The notes under the pieces are model-generated. The model searched no databases and was not told where the DNA came from. It saw only the letters and a program-made list of their open reading frames with translations. The position numbers and the translations under genes are program-made. Below are positions 49,212 to 58,712 of a stretch of DNA of 64,000 nt, piece by piece (the first letter of the stretch is position 1; each line of letters begins with the position of its first letter). Origin of the DNA: Candidatus Aenigmatarchaeota archaeon (lineage in GTDB: Archaea > Aenigmatarchaeota > Aenigmatarchaeia > Aenigmatarchaeales > Aenigmatarchaeaceae). The stretch is from assembly GCA_043802485.1 (NCBI GenBank), contig JAZDKZ010000006.1, positions 32,001-96,000 on the forward strand, in the 5' to 3' direction.

Positions 49212-49875
49212 CAGCAAACACTTCCTCAATCCTTCCCAGCTCGGCTCCTGTCGTGACTTCCGAGTACAGGATGCCTTTACTATTAACAATTACTCCAGAA
49301 TTTATATAAGGACTGCCATAGCCGGCTGTCCCGATGTCGACCTTTACCTTTAGTACGCTCTCTATCAGTTTCATCTCCTTCTCGCTGGCCTCCCTATGGC
49401 ACAGGCAGCCAATATTAGAAGCAGCAGCCGCGGAGCCAACTATGCTAAGGCCTGCGACAGTTCCTGTCCCGACCTCGACGCCCAGGACGTCCGATATCTT
49501 GCCCTTGAACCTACTCAGGCCCCTTGATATTATACAGCCCTTGTCGTTGCACAGGATCAGGTTCCCCAAAGCGGTTCTCTTTGAGTTTATCACTTCAATG
49601 TTAAGGCCGAGCATCTTTTTTATTTTTTTCAGCTCGTGCTCCTCTATTATCTTCGGAAGAATTATGCCGTTGGAGTTGCCTGCCACGAAAATCCCTAGCA
49701 ACTCTGTGCCTGAGAGGGACGTGATTTTGGGCTTAAACCCTACTGTTTTCTTTATCGTGTTCAGCATGCTGCTCTGCGGCGTGATGCCTAGAAGGCAGTA
49801 TTTGTCGGTTGCAAAGCCGTACAGACCTATATTCGGATCTCCCTTGAACTTTGCTTTTGAAAATTTGAAGGGCAT
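49204..49875 (-). CDS. eif6: Translation initiation factor aIF6
   Basis: NIG, GNLILCND, GTVAG, N..G, TTGAEL. Confidence 0.94.
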   Translation of the reverse strand: MPFKFSKAKFKGDPNIGLYGFATDKYCLLGITPQSSMLNTIKKTVGFKPKITSLSGTELLGIFVAGNSNGIILPKIIEEHELKKIKKMLGLNIEVINSKRTALGNLILCNDKGCIISRGLSRFKGKISDVLGVEVGTGTVAGLSIVGSAAAASNIGCLCHREASEKEMKLIESVLKVKVDIGTAGYGSPYINSGVIVNSKGILYSEVTTGAELGRIEEVFADE

Positions 49876-49905
49876 GTCTTGAATTTATCGAAAGAACTAT
49901 TTAAA

Positions 49906-50391
49906 CTATTTCTTTTCCTCTTCTTTTTTGGCGTCTTTCTTTGGCTTCTCGGCTTTGGCTTCTTCTTTCTTTGCCTCTGGCTCTGCTCCAGCTTCGACTG
50001 GCTTGCCCTTGACCTCTTCCTCTATCTCTTCCTGTATGCTCATCTTCTTCCTTTCCTTCCTCTCTTCCTTGATCTTCTCCCTCTTTCCTTTCTTCTTCTC
50101 TTCCTTCTTCTTGATCTCTTCCTTGGAAGGAGTCTTTATCTCGACGCCCAGTAATTCAGAATAAACAGTATCATCTTCCTTCACAGCATGAACCCTTATC
50201 TTTCTCGGCGGGCTCTGCATGCCCCTTTCCCACAGGCCCTCGTTGATGGACTTGCCCAGCTTGACGTTCTCCGACTTCATGTGCCTTATCAGATACTTTC
50301 TCACAAGTTTTGAAGCGTCCTCTGCTCTGTGAACCCTACTCTTGTCAAACGCTTTCTTCAGTGGGATTGTGAATATTTTTTCCTCAGCCAT
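49906..50391 (-). CDS. rpl31e: Ribosomal protein eL31 with charged tail
   Basis: FTIPL, RHMK, INEGLWERG..PPRKIRV. Confidence 0.94.
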   Translation of the reverse strand: MAEEKIFTIPLKKAFDKSRVHRAEDASKLVRKYLIRHMKSENVKLGKSINEGLWERGMQSPPRKIRVHAVKEDDTVYSELLGVEIKTPSKEEIKKKEEKKKGKREKIKEERKERKKMSIQEEIEEEVKGKPVEAGAEPEAKKEEAKAEKPKKDAKKEEEKK

Positions 50392-50753
50392 AACTATAAA
50401 ATGAATGAGAAATATTTAAAGCTTTTATATTACTTCAGAAATGTTTATCTAACGGAACACTGATTAGCTTTATTTTTAGTTTGCTTGAATCAATAATGAA
50501 CTCTTCGAAAACCTCTATTGTGTGGTTTTCTGTTGAGATGCTTTTCATATTACCGACCTCCTTCAATAGTTCATAAAATCCATGATGTTCTCTATCTCCT
50601 CGTCAGGAACAACCTGCAGGAATTCTACAGAACTCAGGATATTTTTTATTTTTTTATTGAAACATATAACTTCTATCATGCTATATTTATAGAGTTGTAC
50701 AAATAATCTATATTACATACACTTTTTTATACACATAGTTGTATAATATTAGC

Positions 50754-51599
50754 ATGGTTTTGACCAAGGAAATGACCAAGAAAATCAATGATTTTGTCTA
50801 TCTAAAGCCCAGGAGCATAGATGAGATAGCCAAAAACATCAAAGTTAACTGGCGCACAGCTGATAGATATGTAGAAAAGATATCAAAAGAGCTGGGAACC
50901 ATATCAACCAAGGTCTTCCGTGGTGGCACACGCGGGGCTTTGAAAGTGGTTTTCTGGAATAACTCAGAAAATTTCAATTCTTCAGAGATTAGGGAGAGGC
51001 TTTTCAACCAGATAGTCTTCGGCAAGCAGAAAAAGGATTTCAGCCCTTCGGAAATAGTCCAGTTTGTCGACAAAGATAAGAAGATAATAAAGGTCATGAC
51101 CGAGAACGAGTACAACTCGACCTCCAATTCAAAGGATTTTGCAGACAGATTAAAGTCTGCGGAAAAACAGATATTGTTCTTCTCAGGAAACCTGACCTTC
51201 AGCAATACCAAGAATCATGATAAGCGGATAAGGGACATAATCGAGGAGCTGGGGAGAAAGAAGGTCTCTACAAAAATCCTGTCTAGAGTTGAGTTGGCAG
51301 GTCTTGACACCATCCAGGACGTGCTTTCAATAAACAGCAGGATAGGTTATGACGCTGTTGAGATGAGGCACTGCTACCAGCCACTCAGAGCCACAATAAT
51401 AGACAGCAAGGAAGCCTCTTTCAAGGAGGTTTTAGATCCCGAGGACTATGCCAAGGACGAGATGAAGCACAAACTATACGTAGTATATCACATTTACGAC
51501 GAGGAATGGATAGAGTGGCTGCAGAAAGTTTTCTGGCACCTTTTCAGGGGATCGATAGACGCCAAAAAAAGAATAGAGGAGTTGGAGCTGCTAAAATAA
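50754..51599 (+). CDS. Putative transcriptional regulator (HTH plus TrmB-like effector domain)
   Basis: SIDEIAK..NWRTADRY HTH; LRATIID..E C-terminal domain. Confidence 0.65.
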   Translation: MVLTKEMTKKINDFVYLKPRSIDEIAKNIKVNWRTADRYVEKISKELGTISTKVFRGGTRGALKVVFWNNSENFNSSEIRERLFNQIVFGKQKKDFSPSEIVQFVDKDKKIIKVMTENEYNSTSNSKDFADRLKSAEKQILFFSGNLTFSNTKNHDKRIRDIIEELGRKKVSTKILSRVELAGLDTIQDVLSINSRIGYDAVEMRHCYQPLRATIIDSKEASFKEVLDPEDYAKDEMKHKLYVVYHIYDEEWIEWLQKVFWHLFRGSIDAKKRIEELELLK

Positions 51600-52022
51600 G
51601 AATTTTAAGCCCTTTTCTTTTTTTTTGCCTAAAGAGTCGTAAAAGCCAGTGTATGCACCCATAACCTCGTATAATGCGCCTCTCTCATCCGCCTTTACTA
51701 TAAAATTGAGCGTTCTCTTTGTTGGCCGCCCGACCTTTTTGGCATAAGTCAAGAAATTGACTCCATGGATAGTACCTCCTAACTGAGGTCTCACTTTGTT
51801 TTCGTTATCACCAACAGATTTCAAATTTATTTTTAGACCCCCGTTTCTTCTTAGGGAACGTTTGTTTTGGAGGTTTTCTTCTATTCTTCTCATCATCATG
51901 TAACCGTCTTCTTCTGCGAGCCTTTTGCCAGGAAAACCGTACGCCGTTTCATTTTTCTCAAAGTCTACGTACAAAACTTTAAAGGGTACGGGTTCAAAAA
52001 CTTCCCTGATTTTTTCACTCAT
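51591..52022 (-). CDS. Hypothetical protein
   Basis: 143-aa ORF. Confidence 0.55.
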   Translation of the reverse strand: MSEKIREVFEPVPFKVLYVDFEKNETAYGFPGKRLAEEDGYMMMRRIEENLQNKRSLRRNGGLKINLKSVGDNENKVRPQLGGTIHGVNFLTYAKKVGRPTKRTLNFIVKADERGALYEVMGAYTGFYDSLGKKKEKGLKFLF

Positions 52023-52120
52023 ATTTATTCATGTAATTTGGGAAATATAAAACCAATATAGGTACCAATACAGTATCCATTAACCAAGAACAAACAACTC
52101 CAAGAAAACAGGAAACAATA

Positions 52121-52288
52121 CTATTTCTTCAGTCTGCCGCGTCTCCAGTGCTTTGTGGGCTGGACTGCAATCCTTCTTGTTCTGGCCCTTTTTCCATATT
52201 TCTTCAAGTCTGCCCATCTAGGCGCAGGTTTTTTCTTGCTGGCTGCTATAAGCCTCAATTTTTTTGCCGCAGGCGTCTGGTTCGTCAT
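52121..52288 (-). CDS. rpl39e: Ribosomal protein eL39
   Basis: Manual translation MTNQTPAAKKLRLIAASKKKPAPRWADLKKYGKRARTRRIAVQPTKHWRRGRLKK; synteny. Confidence 0.88.
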   Translation of the reverse strand: MTNQTPAAKKLRLIAASKKKPAPRWADLKKYGKRARTRRIAVQPTKHWRRGRLKK

Positions 52289-52292
52289 GTAA

Positions 52293-52547
52293 TCATTTTC
52301 TCTTTATTTTTGTCTTTCTTTTCTTGGGGATTAAAACACTCAAAATCTGCTTTAATTTTTTGTCATCAATCTTTCCCTTTAGCTGTCCTGACTGGTATAG
52401 TTGGACAAGGTAGAGTTCCAGCTGGGTCGAGAGAACAGGGTTCGCCATCTTCACCCTTCCTAGCCTCTCCATCGCCTCCTTGTCTAGCACTTTTATGAGC
52501 ACGCTGCTCTTCATCGCATCGAACTGTTTGAGGTTCTCATCCGTCAT
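52293..52547 (-). CDS. PDCD5-like double-stranded DNA-binding protein
   Basis: EAMERLGRVKMANP, QLYQSGQL, IDDKKLK; synteny after rps19e. Confidence 0.9.
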   Translation of the reverse strand: MTDENLKQFDAMKSSVLIKVLDKEAMERLGRVKMANPVLSTQLELYLVQLYQSGQLKGKIDDKKLKQILSVLIPKKRKTKIKRK

Positions 52548-52954
52548 CTTATCTCCCTTCCTGTTCTTTCCAGGAACTTCTGGCCTTTCGGCGTTATTGC
52601 CCTTCCTTTTTTAGGAGCATCAACCGTTTTGACATAGCCTACCTTTTCAAGCTGCTGTAGTATTGTCCTCAGCACCTTGCCGCCTGCCTTGGCATGTCTG
52701 CTCGGCTTGTGGCCCCTGTCCTTCCTGCCGCCGAACACTGTTCTCAGCTTCTCGGTGCCAACAGGGCCGTTGACATAGACCCTTCTCAGCACAGCAGCAG
52801 ACCTGATGAACCACCAGTCGTCCTGCACAGGAGGCCTTTCCGAGCAGACTCCTGTCTTTACATACTTTGACCATTCTGGCGGCTTTATGTTGTCGTTCTT
52901 CTTCAGCTTCTCCGACAAGCCGGCTATCAGTTTTTGGGGCGCCACATTTTTCAT
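52544..52954 (-). CDS. rps19e: Ribosomal protein eS19
   Basis: PEW..VKTG..ERPP, WWFIRSA, LQQLE..G. Confidence 0.95.
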   Translation of the reverse strand: MKNVAPQKLIAGLSEKLKKNDNIKPPEWSKYVKTGVCSERPPVQDDWWFIRSAAVLRRVYVNGPVGTEKLRTVFGGRKDRGHKPSRHAKAGGKVLRTILQQLEKVGYVKTVDAPKKGRAITPKGQKFLERTGREIR

Positions 52955-53215
52955 ACACTCACTTTGACTTTAATGTTTAAATGCTTTTGCTGCTTTGAAC
53001 TCGAGCAAAACAATAAGAAAATAGGCATTTACATCTTATAAAATATTATGGTTAAGGATGAATTCATTAAACCGTATATCTCTGCCTATTTTCATAATAA
53101 TCCTGTTCGGTCATTTGTTTATATTTCTCTTGACTGGGAAGAGGAAACCCCATGAACAATTGGACTAATCTCAATTCAATGCATTTTTTCATATAATAGA
53201 AATTGTGAATTAATC

Positions 53216-53377
53216 TTAAATATTCAATCTGTACTTCTTGGATATCCTCTTTATCAGCAGCTCGTAGCGTTTCTCAAAGTCAGGCCTTCTTGCCTTCATT
53301 TTGTCCAGGATGTCGATTCGTTCCTGAGCGATTTTCATTCTCTCGTCTTTCATCTGCTTGAAGCGTTTGGCTTTCAT
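53216..53377 (-). CDS. Truncated RNase P protein Rpp21-like (helical N-domain only, 53 aa)
   Basis: MKAKRFKQMKDERMKIAQERIDILDKMKARRPDFEKRYELLIKRISKKYRLNI; IA.ERI.IL and RY..L..I..KY motifs; position upstream of rps19e. Confidence 0.65.
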   Translation of the reverse strand: MKAKRFKQMKDERMKIAQERIDILDKMKARRPDFEKRYELLIKRISKKYRLNI

Positions 53378-53913
53378 TCCCGTATCACCTTAGAATCGTT
53401 TGTCAGGTCTATAACTTTTGAAGGATTTCCTTTCAATATGCCCTCTTCTATGTACATGGAAACAGCATCCCCGAATTCGTTCTTTATTTCATTTATGTTG
53501 ATTGGTGTGGGGTGCTGGTGCTTGTTTGCCGAGGTGGTTGTTATCGGTTTTCCGAAGCTTCTAGATATTAAAGTGCACCAGTGGTCCGGTATCCTAAACC
53601 CCACATTGTTTTCAGAGACATGAAGTGTGGTTTTAGGTTTAAGAATAAAGGTGAACGGACCGGGCAATGACTTCTTCAAGACGCTCATTTGCTCCATGCT
53701 TATTTCTGCGTATTTTGCAAGCATCTCGAAATCCGATACAAGGACTGAAATTGGCATATTCAGCGGCCTCTCCTTTATTTCGTAAACCTTCCCAACAGCT
53801 TCTTTTGAAGTGGCGTCAGCGCCAATGCCGTATATCGTATCTGTGGGGTAGACTATCAAATTGCCGTTTCTGAGGGTTTCAATTGCCTTTTCAAGAACCT
53901 CTACTTTTTCCAT
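53374..53913 (-). CDS. tsaC: Threonylcarbamoyl-AMP synthase (TsaC/YrdC domain)
   Basis: YPTDTIYGIG, KERP, PGPFT, TTSAN. Confidence 0.92.
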   Translation of the reverse strand: MEKVEVLEKAIETLRNGNLIVYPTDTIYGIGADATSKEAVGKVYEIKERPLNMPISVLVSDFEMLAKYAEISMEQMSVLKKSLPGPFTFILKPKTTLHVSENNVGFRIPDHWCTLISRSFGKPITTTSANKHQHPTPININEIKNEFGDAVSMYIEEGILKGNPSKVIDLTNDSKVIRE

Positions 53914-53929
53914 TAATATCACGAAAGTG

Positions 53930-54000
53930 TGCACCGACCGGGACTCGAACCCGGATCGTGAGCTTGGAAGGCTCATATCCTACCATTAGACTATCGGTGC
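53930..54000 (-). tRNA. tRNA-Gly(UCC)
   Basis: GCACCGA/TCGGTGC, TGAGC-CT-TCC-AA-GCTCA. Confidence 0.95.
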
Positions 54001-54024
54001 TTACAGAATAGATTTTAATTCTAA

Positions 54025-54423
54025 TTATTTAAAAGACTTTCTTATTTTTTCAGATATTTTTTCCATCTCATCATTCGGTAGTTTCAAAGTCTTCTCTGGA
54101 TTAAGCCAGCTGCCATGGCCGTCATCCTTGAATCTGGGAATAATATGTATGTGTGCATGGGGAACATCTGTTCCGCCAATACCAGAAACCACAAACTCTG
54201 CTTCCAATGATTTTTGCAGGGCCTTGGCAACTTTCTTCGCAGCCTCGAAATAATCTCCTGCGTTTTCAACATCCCAGACCCACCTGTAATGTTTCTTTGG
54301 GATAATCAGCGTATGTCCGGGGTTACAGGGATTGATGTCCAGAAAGGCTATGAAATCATCTTCCTCATAGATATTGTGGCAGGGTATATCCCCTTTCACT
54401 ATCTTGCAAAATACACAGTCCAT
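54025..54423 (-). CDS. HIT family hydrolase
   Basis: CVFCKI, GHTLIIPKKH, HAHIHIIPR. Confidence 0.94.
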   Translation of the reverse strand: MDCVFCKIVKGDIPCHNIYEEDDFIAFLDINPCNPGHTLIIPKKHYRWVWDVENAGDYFEAAKKVAKALQKSLEAEFVVSGIGGTDVPHAHIHIIPRFKDDGHGSWLNPEKTLKLPNDEMEKISEKIRKSFK

Positions 54424-54438
54424 GTTATCACAATGAAG

Positions 54439-54548
54439 TGGGGTTGCCAGGATTTGAACCTGGATCGGCTGGTTTCCTCTGTCATCTTTGGATCAAAGCT
54501 CCAAAAAATTGGAGCCAGCTATCTTAAACCTGGTTGGACGACAACCCC
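54439..54548 (-). tRNA. tRNA-Trp(CCA) with 35-nt intron (54474-54508)
   Basis: GGGGTTG/CAACCCC, GCTGG-CT-CCA-A..A-CCAGC. Confidence 0.9.
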
Positions 54549-54591
54549 TCTGAAAGAATTGATACGCAAGTGTTTTTATATTTTTCTAATT

Positions 54592-55623
54592 CTAAGAGAA
54601 AGCCCTGACAGAATTCCAGGAAACGCTCTTGTTGAGCTTCTCATCTACAAAACCCTTGAAAAGCAAAAATAGATGAACATTACTGAGAAGGAACCACACA
54701 GGCAGGTAAATGAGATCTATCAAAGGTTCCTTGAACTTTATTCTAGAGTAGACAAGAAAAGCCATGGTGAATAAAAATAAGCCAAGAAGAGGCGCTGTCA
54801 AGAAAAGGGGCAGGCCGAAATACATGAATACTGCGAGTATGGTAGCTGTCATGAGCCCAAACGGCGGGACGTAAAAATATACGCCATGCATAAGGTCTGA
54901 AAGGAACTTTATGCCTGATCTTCTCTTGTACTTTAGCATCCTTACAGAGCCTCTGGCCCATCTTATCCTCTGCTTGAAGAAAGCCTTGAAAGACGGCGGC
55001 TCCTCGTTCCATGCTATGGCTTCTGGCTCGAAAACCGTCTTGTAGCCCCTGTCCTTGAGTTTTAGCGACATTTCAATGTCCTCTACAAAGGTCTGCGTGT
55101 CAAAGCAGCCAACCTTCATCAGGACATCCTTCCTTATGAACATGTTCTTGCCGAAAAAGTGGGTGTTGGCTCCCTTGCTGTTGAGGAAATATTCAATAAA
55201 CGAGATGAAACTGGTCTCCAGTGCCAACGATCTGGCTATTATTGATTGGTTCTTGTTATGAGACTTGAGATTGCCACAGACTCCTGCTATATCCTTGTTT
55301 TCAAAACGTTTTGCCACTTTTTTAAGGCAGTTCTTGTCAACGATGCAGTCTGCGTCGTAGATGCCGATTATCTCGCCCTTGGCCTTGGGTATGACGCTGT
55401 TCAGGGCGTCTCCCTTGCAGGTCTTTGGGCTTGATTTTATGACTTTTACCCTGCTGCCAAAGCTCTTGCATATCTTCTCTGTCCTGTCCTTTGAGCCGTC
55501 TATTGCCACGATTATCTCTAGCCTGTTCTTTGGGTATTTCAGGTCCAAAAGGCTCTTTAAGCAATTGCCTACGACTTTCTCCTCGTTCCTTGCCGGGACA
55601 ATAAGGCTCATTGTTGGTAGCAT
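54592..55623 (-). CDS. Membrane glycosyltransferase family 2
   Basis: PARNEE, YDAD, VED, QRIRWARG. Confidence 0.9.
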   Translation of the reverse strand: MLPTMSLIVPARNEEKVVGNCLKSLLDLKYPKNRLEIIVAIDGSKDRTEKICKSFGSRVKVIKSSPKTCKGDALNSVIPKAKGEIIGIYDADCIVDKNCLKKVAKRFENKDIAGVCGNLKSHNKNQSIIARSLALETSFISFIEYFLNSKGANTHFFGKNMFIRKDVLMKVGCFDTQTFVEDIEMSLKLKDRGYKTVFEPEAIAWNEEPPSFKAFFKQRIRWARGSVRMLKYKRRSGIKFLSDLMHGVYFYVPPFGLMTATILAVFMYFGLPLFLTAPLLGLFLFTMAFLVYSRIKFKEPLIDLIYLPVWFLLSNVHLFLLFKGFVDEKLNKSVSWNSVRAFS

Positions 55624-56037
55624 TGAATATAAGATTGGAATAACTGCTTTATAAGCTTATTTATAATCGAAGGACACTTTCACTGAGAAAAAGTGGTATT
55701 TATAAGACAGAAAAGCTAATAATAGAAGGATACTAAAGAAGTTTTCTCTGTTAAAAGAGTTAAAAGAAATTAGTTATCTAAAATGGATGGTGATAAGTTG
55801 GGTAATGTTTTTGTAATGAGAGAGAAGTTTTTGGAAAGGCTTGCAGAGAGCAGGCACAGGGATGCAAAGAATACGGATTAAATCCCTCTTTTTCTTCATT
55901 TTCATGCTATCAGCAGAGCACCTATCACAATCATTATTACTGAGAGAGTCTTCAAAAACAGGGTGGACCTGATGGAAAACACTGCCCACAACATATCATT
56001 ATAATTTGATGGACTGGCTTAAAACGTTAAAAAGAAG

Positions 56038-56110
56038 TGGGCCCAGAGGGGCTCGAACCCTCGACCTACTGGTTAAGAGCCAGTCGCTCTACCGACTGAG
56101 CTATGGGCCC
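56038..56110 (-). tRNA. tRNA-Lys(CUU), intronless
   Basis: GGGCCCA/TGGGCCC, ACTGG-CT-CTT-AA-CCAGT. Confidence 0.95.
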
Positions 56111-56165
56111 GTGAATAAAGAATGATAATTGTATTTTATAAAACTAATTATTGATAGAAAAAAAA

Positions 56166-56351
56166 TTATCTCTTCCTGTTCCTTGTCAAAAGGTTCTTCC
56201 ACGCCCAGTTGAACTTTCTCATCTTTGGATCAGGATAGCCACATCTTGAACATCTCTTTTTTGTTATATGATATGTATGTTTCCCGCACCTTCTACACGG
56301 TATGTGAATAATTTTTCTACGTTTACCAAAAGAAGGAGTTCCTTTTGTCAC
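56166..56351 (-). CDS. rpl37e: Ribosomal protein eL37
   Basis: TKGTPSFGKR, HIPCRRCG, CSRCGY. Confidence 0.96.
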   Translation of the reverse strand: MTKGTPSFGKRRKIIHIPCRRCGKHTYHITKKRCSRCGYPDPKMRKFNWAWKNLLTRNRKR

Positions 56352-56363
56352 AGAATCAACCTC

Positions 56364-56585
56364 TTATTGAGCCGAAGGAGAGACGAAGATTATCGTGTCG
56401 CCCCTGACCAGAATCGATCCAAGCTTTACCTTCTTGTCTCCCTTTATCTCATCCACATCTTCTAGCCAAAGGTTCAAGTGTAAATCAAAAGCTTGCAAGA
56501 CTCCTGTCATTTCAGCGCCGTTCTTTAATCTTATAATTACTCTCTTTTCTTTTGCCTTATCAAGTACATCTAATGGTCTTGTCAT
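56364..56585 (-). CDS. Sm-like archaeal protein (SmAP/Lsm)
   Basis: RPLDVL, FDLHLNL, VRGD; upstream of rpl37e. Confidence 0.94.
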   Translation of the reverse strand: MTRPLDVLDKAKEKRVIIRLKNGAEMTGVLQAFDLHLNLWLEDVDEIKGDKKVKLGSILVRGDTIIFVSPSAQ

Positions 56586-56648
56586 TGTTATCACCAATCT
56601 ATAACAGATATTACATTAACATATTTAAATCTTATTACTTCTGAAAAA

Positions 56649-56921
56649 TCATTCCAGTCTTTTTATTATGTGCCAGCCAAACTGGGTTTTCACTGGTTGC
56701 GATGTCTCTCCCCTGTTCAAGGCGAATGCCGCCTTCTCGAACTCCCTGACCATCCTTCCCCTTCCGAAGGTTCCAAGATCGCCGCCTTTTTTTCCGGATG
56801 GGCACATTGACTTTTCCCCTGCTATTTTAGAAAAGCTGTCTCCCTTGGTTATCTGTTCCAGAATGCTCCTTGCTTCCTGCTCTGTCTTGACAAGAATGTG
56901 CGCGCAGTGTGCATTATCCAT
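56649..56921 (-). CDS. ppiC: Parvulin-type peptidyl-prolyl isomerase
   Basis: [25 protein letters not shown]. Confidence 0.93.
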   Translation of the reverse strand: MDNAHCAHILVKTEQEARSILEQITKGDSFSKIAGEKSMCPSGKKGGDLGTFGRGRMVREFEKAAFALNRGETSQPVKTQFGWHIIKRLE

Positions 56922-56991
56922 AAAATCACCTACAACTCTATACGAGAAAAGCATTTAAATATATCTACCTACTAATGATGTTTGTGATTAA

Positions 56992-57378
56992 ATGTCTATA
57001 ACTCGATTGAAAAGCAAGAGAAAGCTGACTGGTGGTCTGTACAAGAAGCAGAGAAAGAAAAGGAAGAGTGATTTCGGCAAAGACTTTTTTCCTCCAAAGA
57101 TTGGCAAGGAAAGAAGGAAGACCATTGACGGTCTGGCTAGGAACAAGAAGGAGAGACTGTTCGAAGTTGAAAAGGCAAACGTCTCTGACGGGTCTGGAAA
57201 GGCCAAGGTTGTAAAGATATTGCACGTTGAGAAGAATCCTGCCAACCCGCACTTTGTGAGAATGAGCATCGTGACAAAGGGCGCTATAATAAAGACGGAA
57301 TTGGGCATGGCCAAGGTAGTTTCTAGGCCTGGGCAGCATGGGGTTGTCAACGCCGTTTTGGTCAAAGAGAAGGAATAA
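56992..57378 (+). CDS. rps8e: Ribosomal protein eS8
   Basis: TGG, NPANPHFVR..TKGA, SRPGQHG. Confidence 0.95.
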   Translation: MSITRLKSKRKLTGGLYKKQRKKRKSDFGKDFFPPKIGKERRKTIDGLARNKKERLFEVEKANVSDGSGKAKVVKILHVEKNPANPHFVRMSIVTKGAIIKTELGMAKVVSRPGQHGVVNAVLVKEKE

Positions 57379-57461
57379 TTGGAAATTTCTAAATTTTATA
57401 TACAGACTTCTCGAAATATAATTTGGAAGATGTAGTGTAAACATAATTAAAATTTGATGAT

Positions 57462-58712
57462 ATGTCAAAAGAACTTGAATCTATTGGTTTGTATAAAAAG
57501 TTAATAGAATTCTCTAGCGATGCCATTATCATGGTTGATAAACTAGGCAGGTTTGCATTTGTTAATAAAAAAACTTTAGAAGTTACAGGTTATAAAGAAA
57601 AAGAATTAATAGGAAAGGGTTTTAAGAAATTAGTCCCAGCTAAACATCTTCCCAAAGCTATTGCCATGCTTAGAAAGGTGAGAAGAGGTTTAGGAATTAA
57701 ACCGTTTGAAATCGAGGTCAGAACTAAAGGTGGCGTATTGATACCATTTGAAATGAACGGTTTAGCTGTTAAAGATAAAGGAAAAAATATTGGAGTTCAA
57801 GTGATTGCAAGGGACATTACCGAGCGCAAGAAAGCAGAAGAGATTCTGAGAAAAAGCGATGAAAAATACAAGATTATATTTGAAGGAACGGCTGATGGCA
57901 TTCTTGTTGCTGATACTAAAAGCCATAGATTTATTTTTGCTAATCCCAGAATTTGTGAAATAACAGGCTATTCATTAAAAGAATTGCTTAAACTAGGAGT
58001 AGGTGATATTCATCCTAAGAAGGATTTGCCTTTTGTAATTGACCGGTTCACAAAACAAGCGCAGAAGAAAATAACTCTCGCCAGAAATATTCCTGTTCTG
58101 AGAAAAGATAAAAAAGTGGTTTATTGCGATGTCAATTCCAAACCCGTAACAATTGACGGACAAGAATATTTAGTGGGCTTCTTTAGAGACATCAGTGAAC
58201 GTAGAAAAACTGAAGAAAAAATAAAATATGAAAAAGAATTTTCTGAAACTATTCTCAACATAATGCCTGTTGGATTAGATATTGTTGATAAAGATTGTAT
58301 TATTCGATTTATGAATAAAACTTTCTTAGACGTTTTTGGAAAAAAGGCTTTAGGAAAGAAATGCTATGATGTTTATAAAATAAATAAAAAGCAATGTGAC
58401 GGTTGTTCTTTAAAAAAACCAATAAAAATTGGTGAGACAAAAACAATAGAGGTTGGGAGTATTGTAGGCAACAAAACGTTTTTGATATCGCATACAGGGA
58501 TTTTATTTAATGGAAAAAAACACATTCTGGAAGTTTTCAGGGATATCACAGAGATTAAGAAGTCAGAAGAGGTTTTGAGAAAATCACACGAAGAATTAGA
58601 GAAATTCTACAAAGTTGCTGTAGGCAGAGAATTGAAAATGATTGAACTGAAAAAGAGAATAAGAGAATTGGAAAGTCCTAATTCAGGAAACCAAGGAGAA
58701 AGAAGAACATGA
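57462..58712 (+). CDS. Triple PAS-domain sensor protein
   Basis: Three PAS/PAC repeats (RDITERK, RDISERR, RDITEIK); ends in GRELKMIELK coiled coil; no kinase domain. Confidence 0.88.
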   Translation: MSKELESIGLYKKLIEFSSDAIIMVDKLGRFAFVNKKTLEVTGYKEKELIGKGFKKLVPAKHLPKAIAMLRKVRRGLGIKPFEIEVRTKGGVLIPFEMNGLAVKDKGKNIGVQVIARDITERKKAEEILRKSDEKYKIIFEGTADGILVADTKSHRFIFANPRICEITGYSLKELLKLGVGDIHPKKDLPFVIDRFTKQAQKKITLARNIPVLRKDKKVVYCDVNSKPVTIDGQEYLVGFFRDISERRKTEEKIKYEKEFSETILNIMPVGLDIVDKDCIIRFMNKTFLDVFGKKALGKKCYDVYKINKKQCDGCSLKKPIKIGETKTIEVGSIVGNKTFLISHTGILFNGKKHILEVFRDITEIKKSEEVLRKSHEELEKFYKVAVGRELKMIELKKRIRELESPNSGNQGERRT

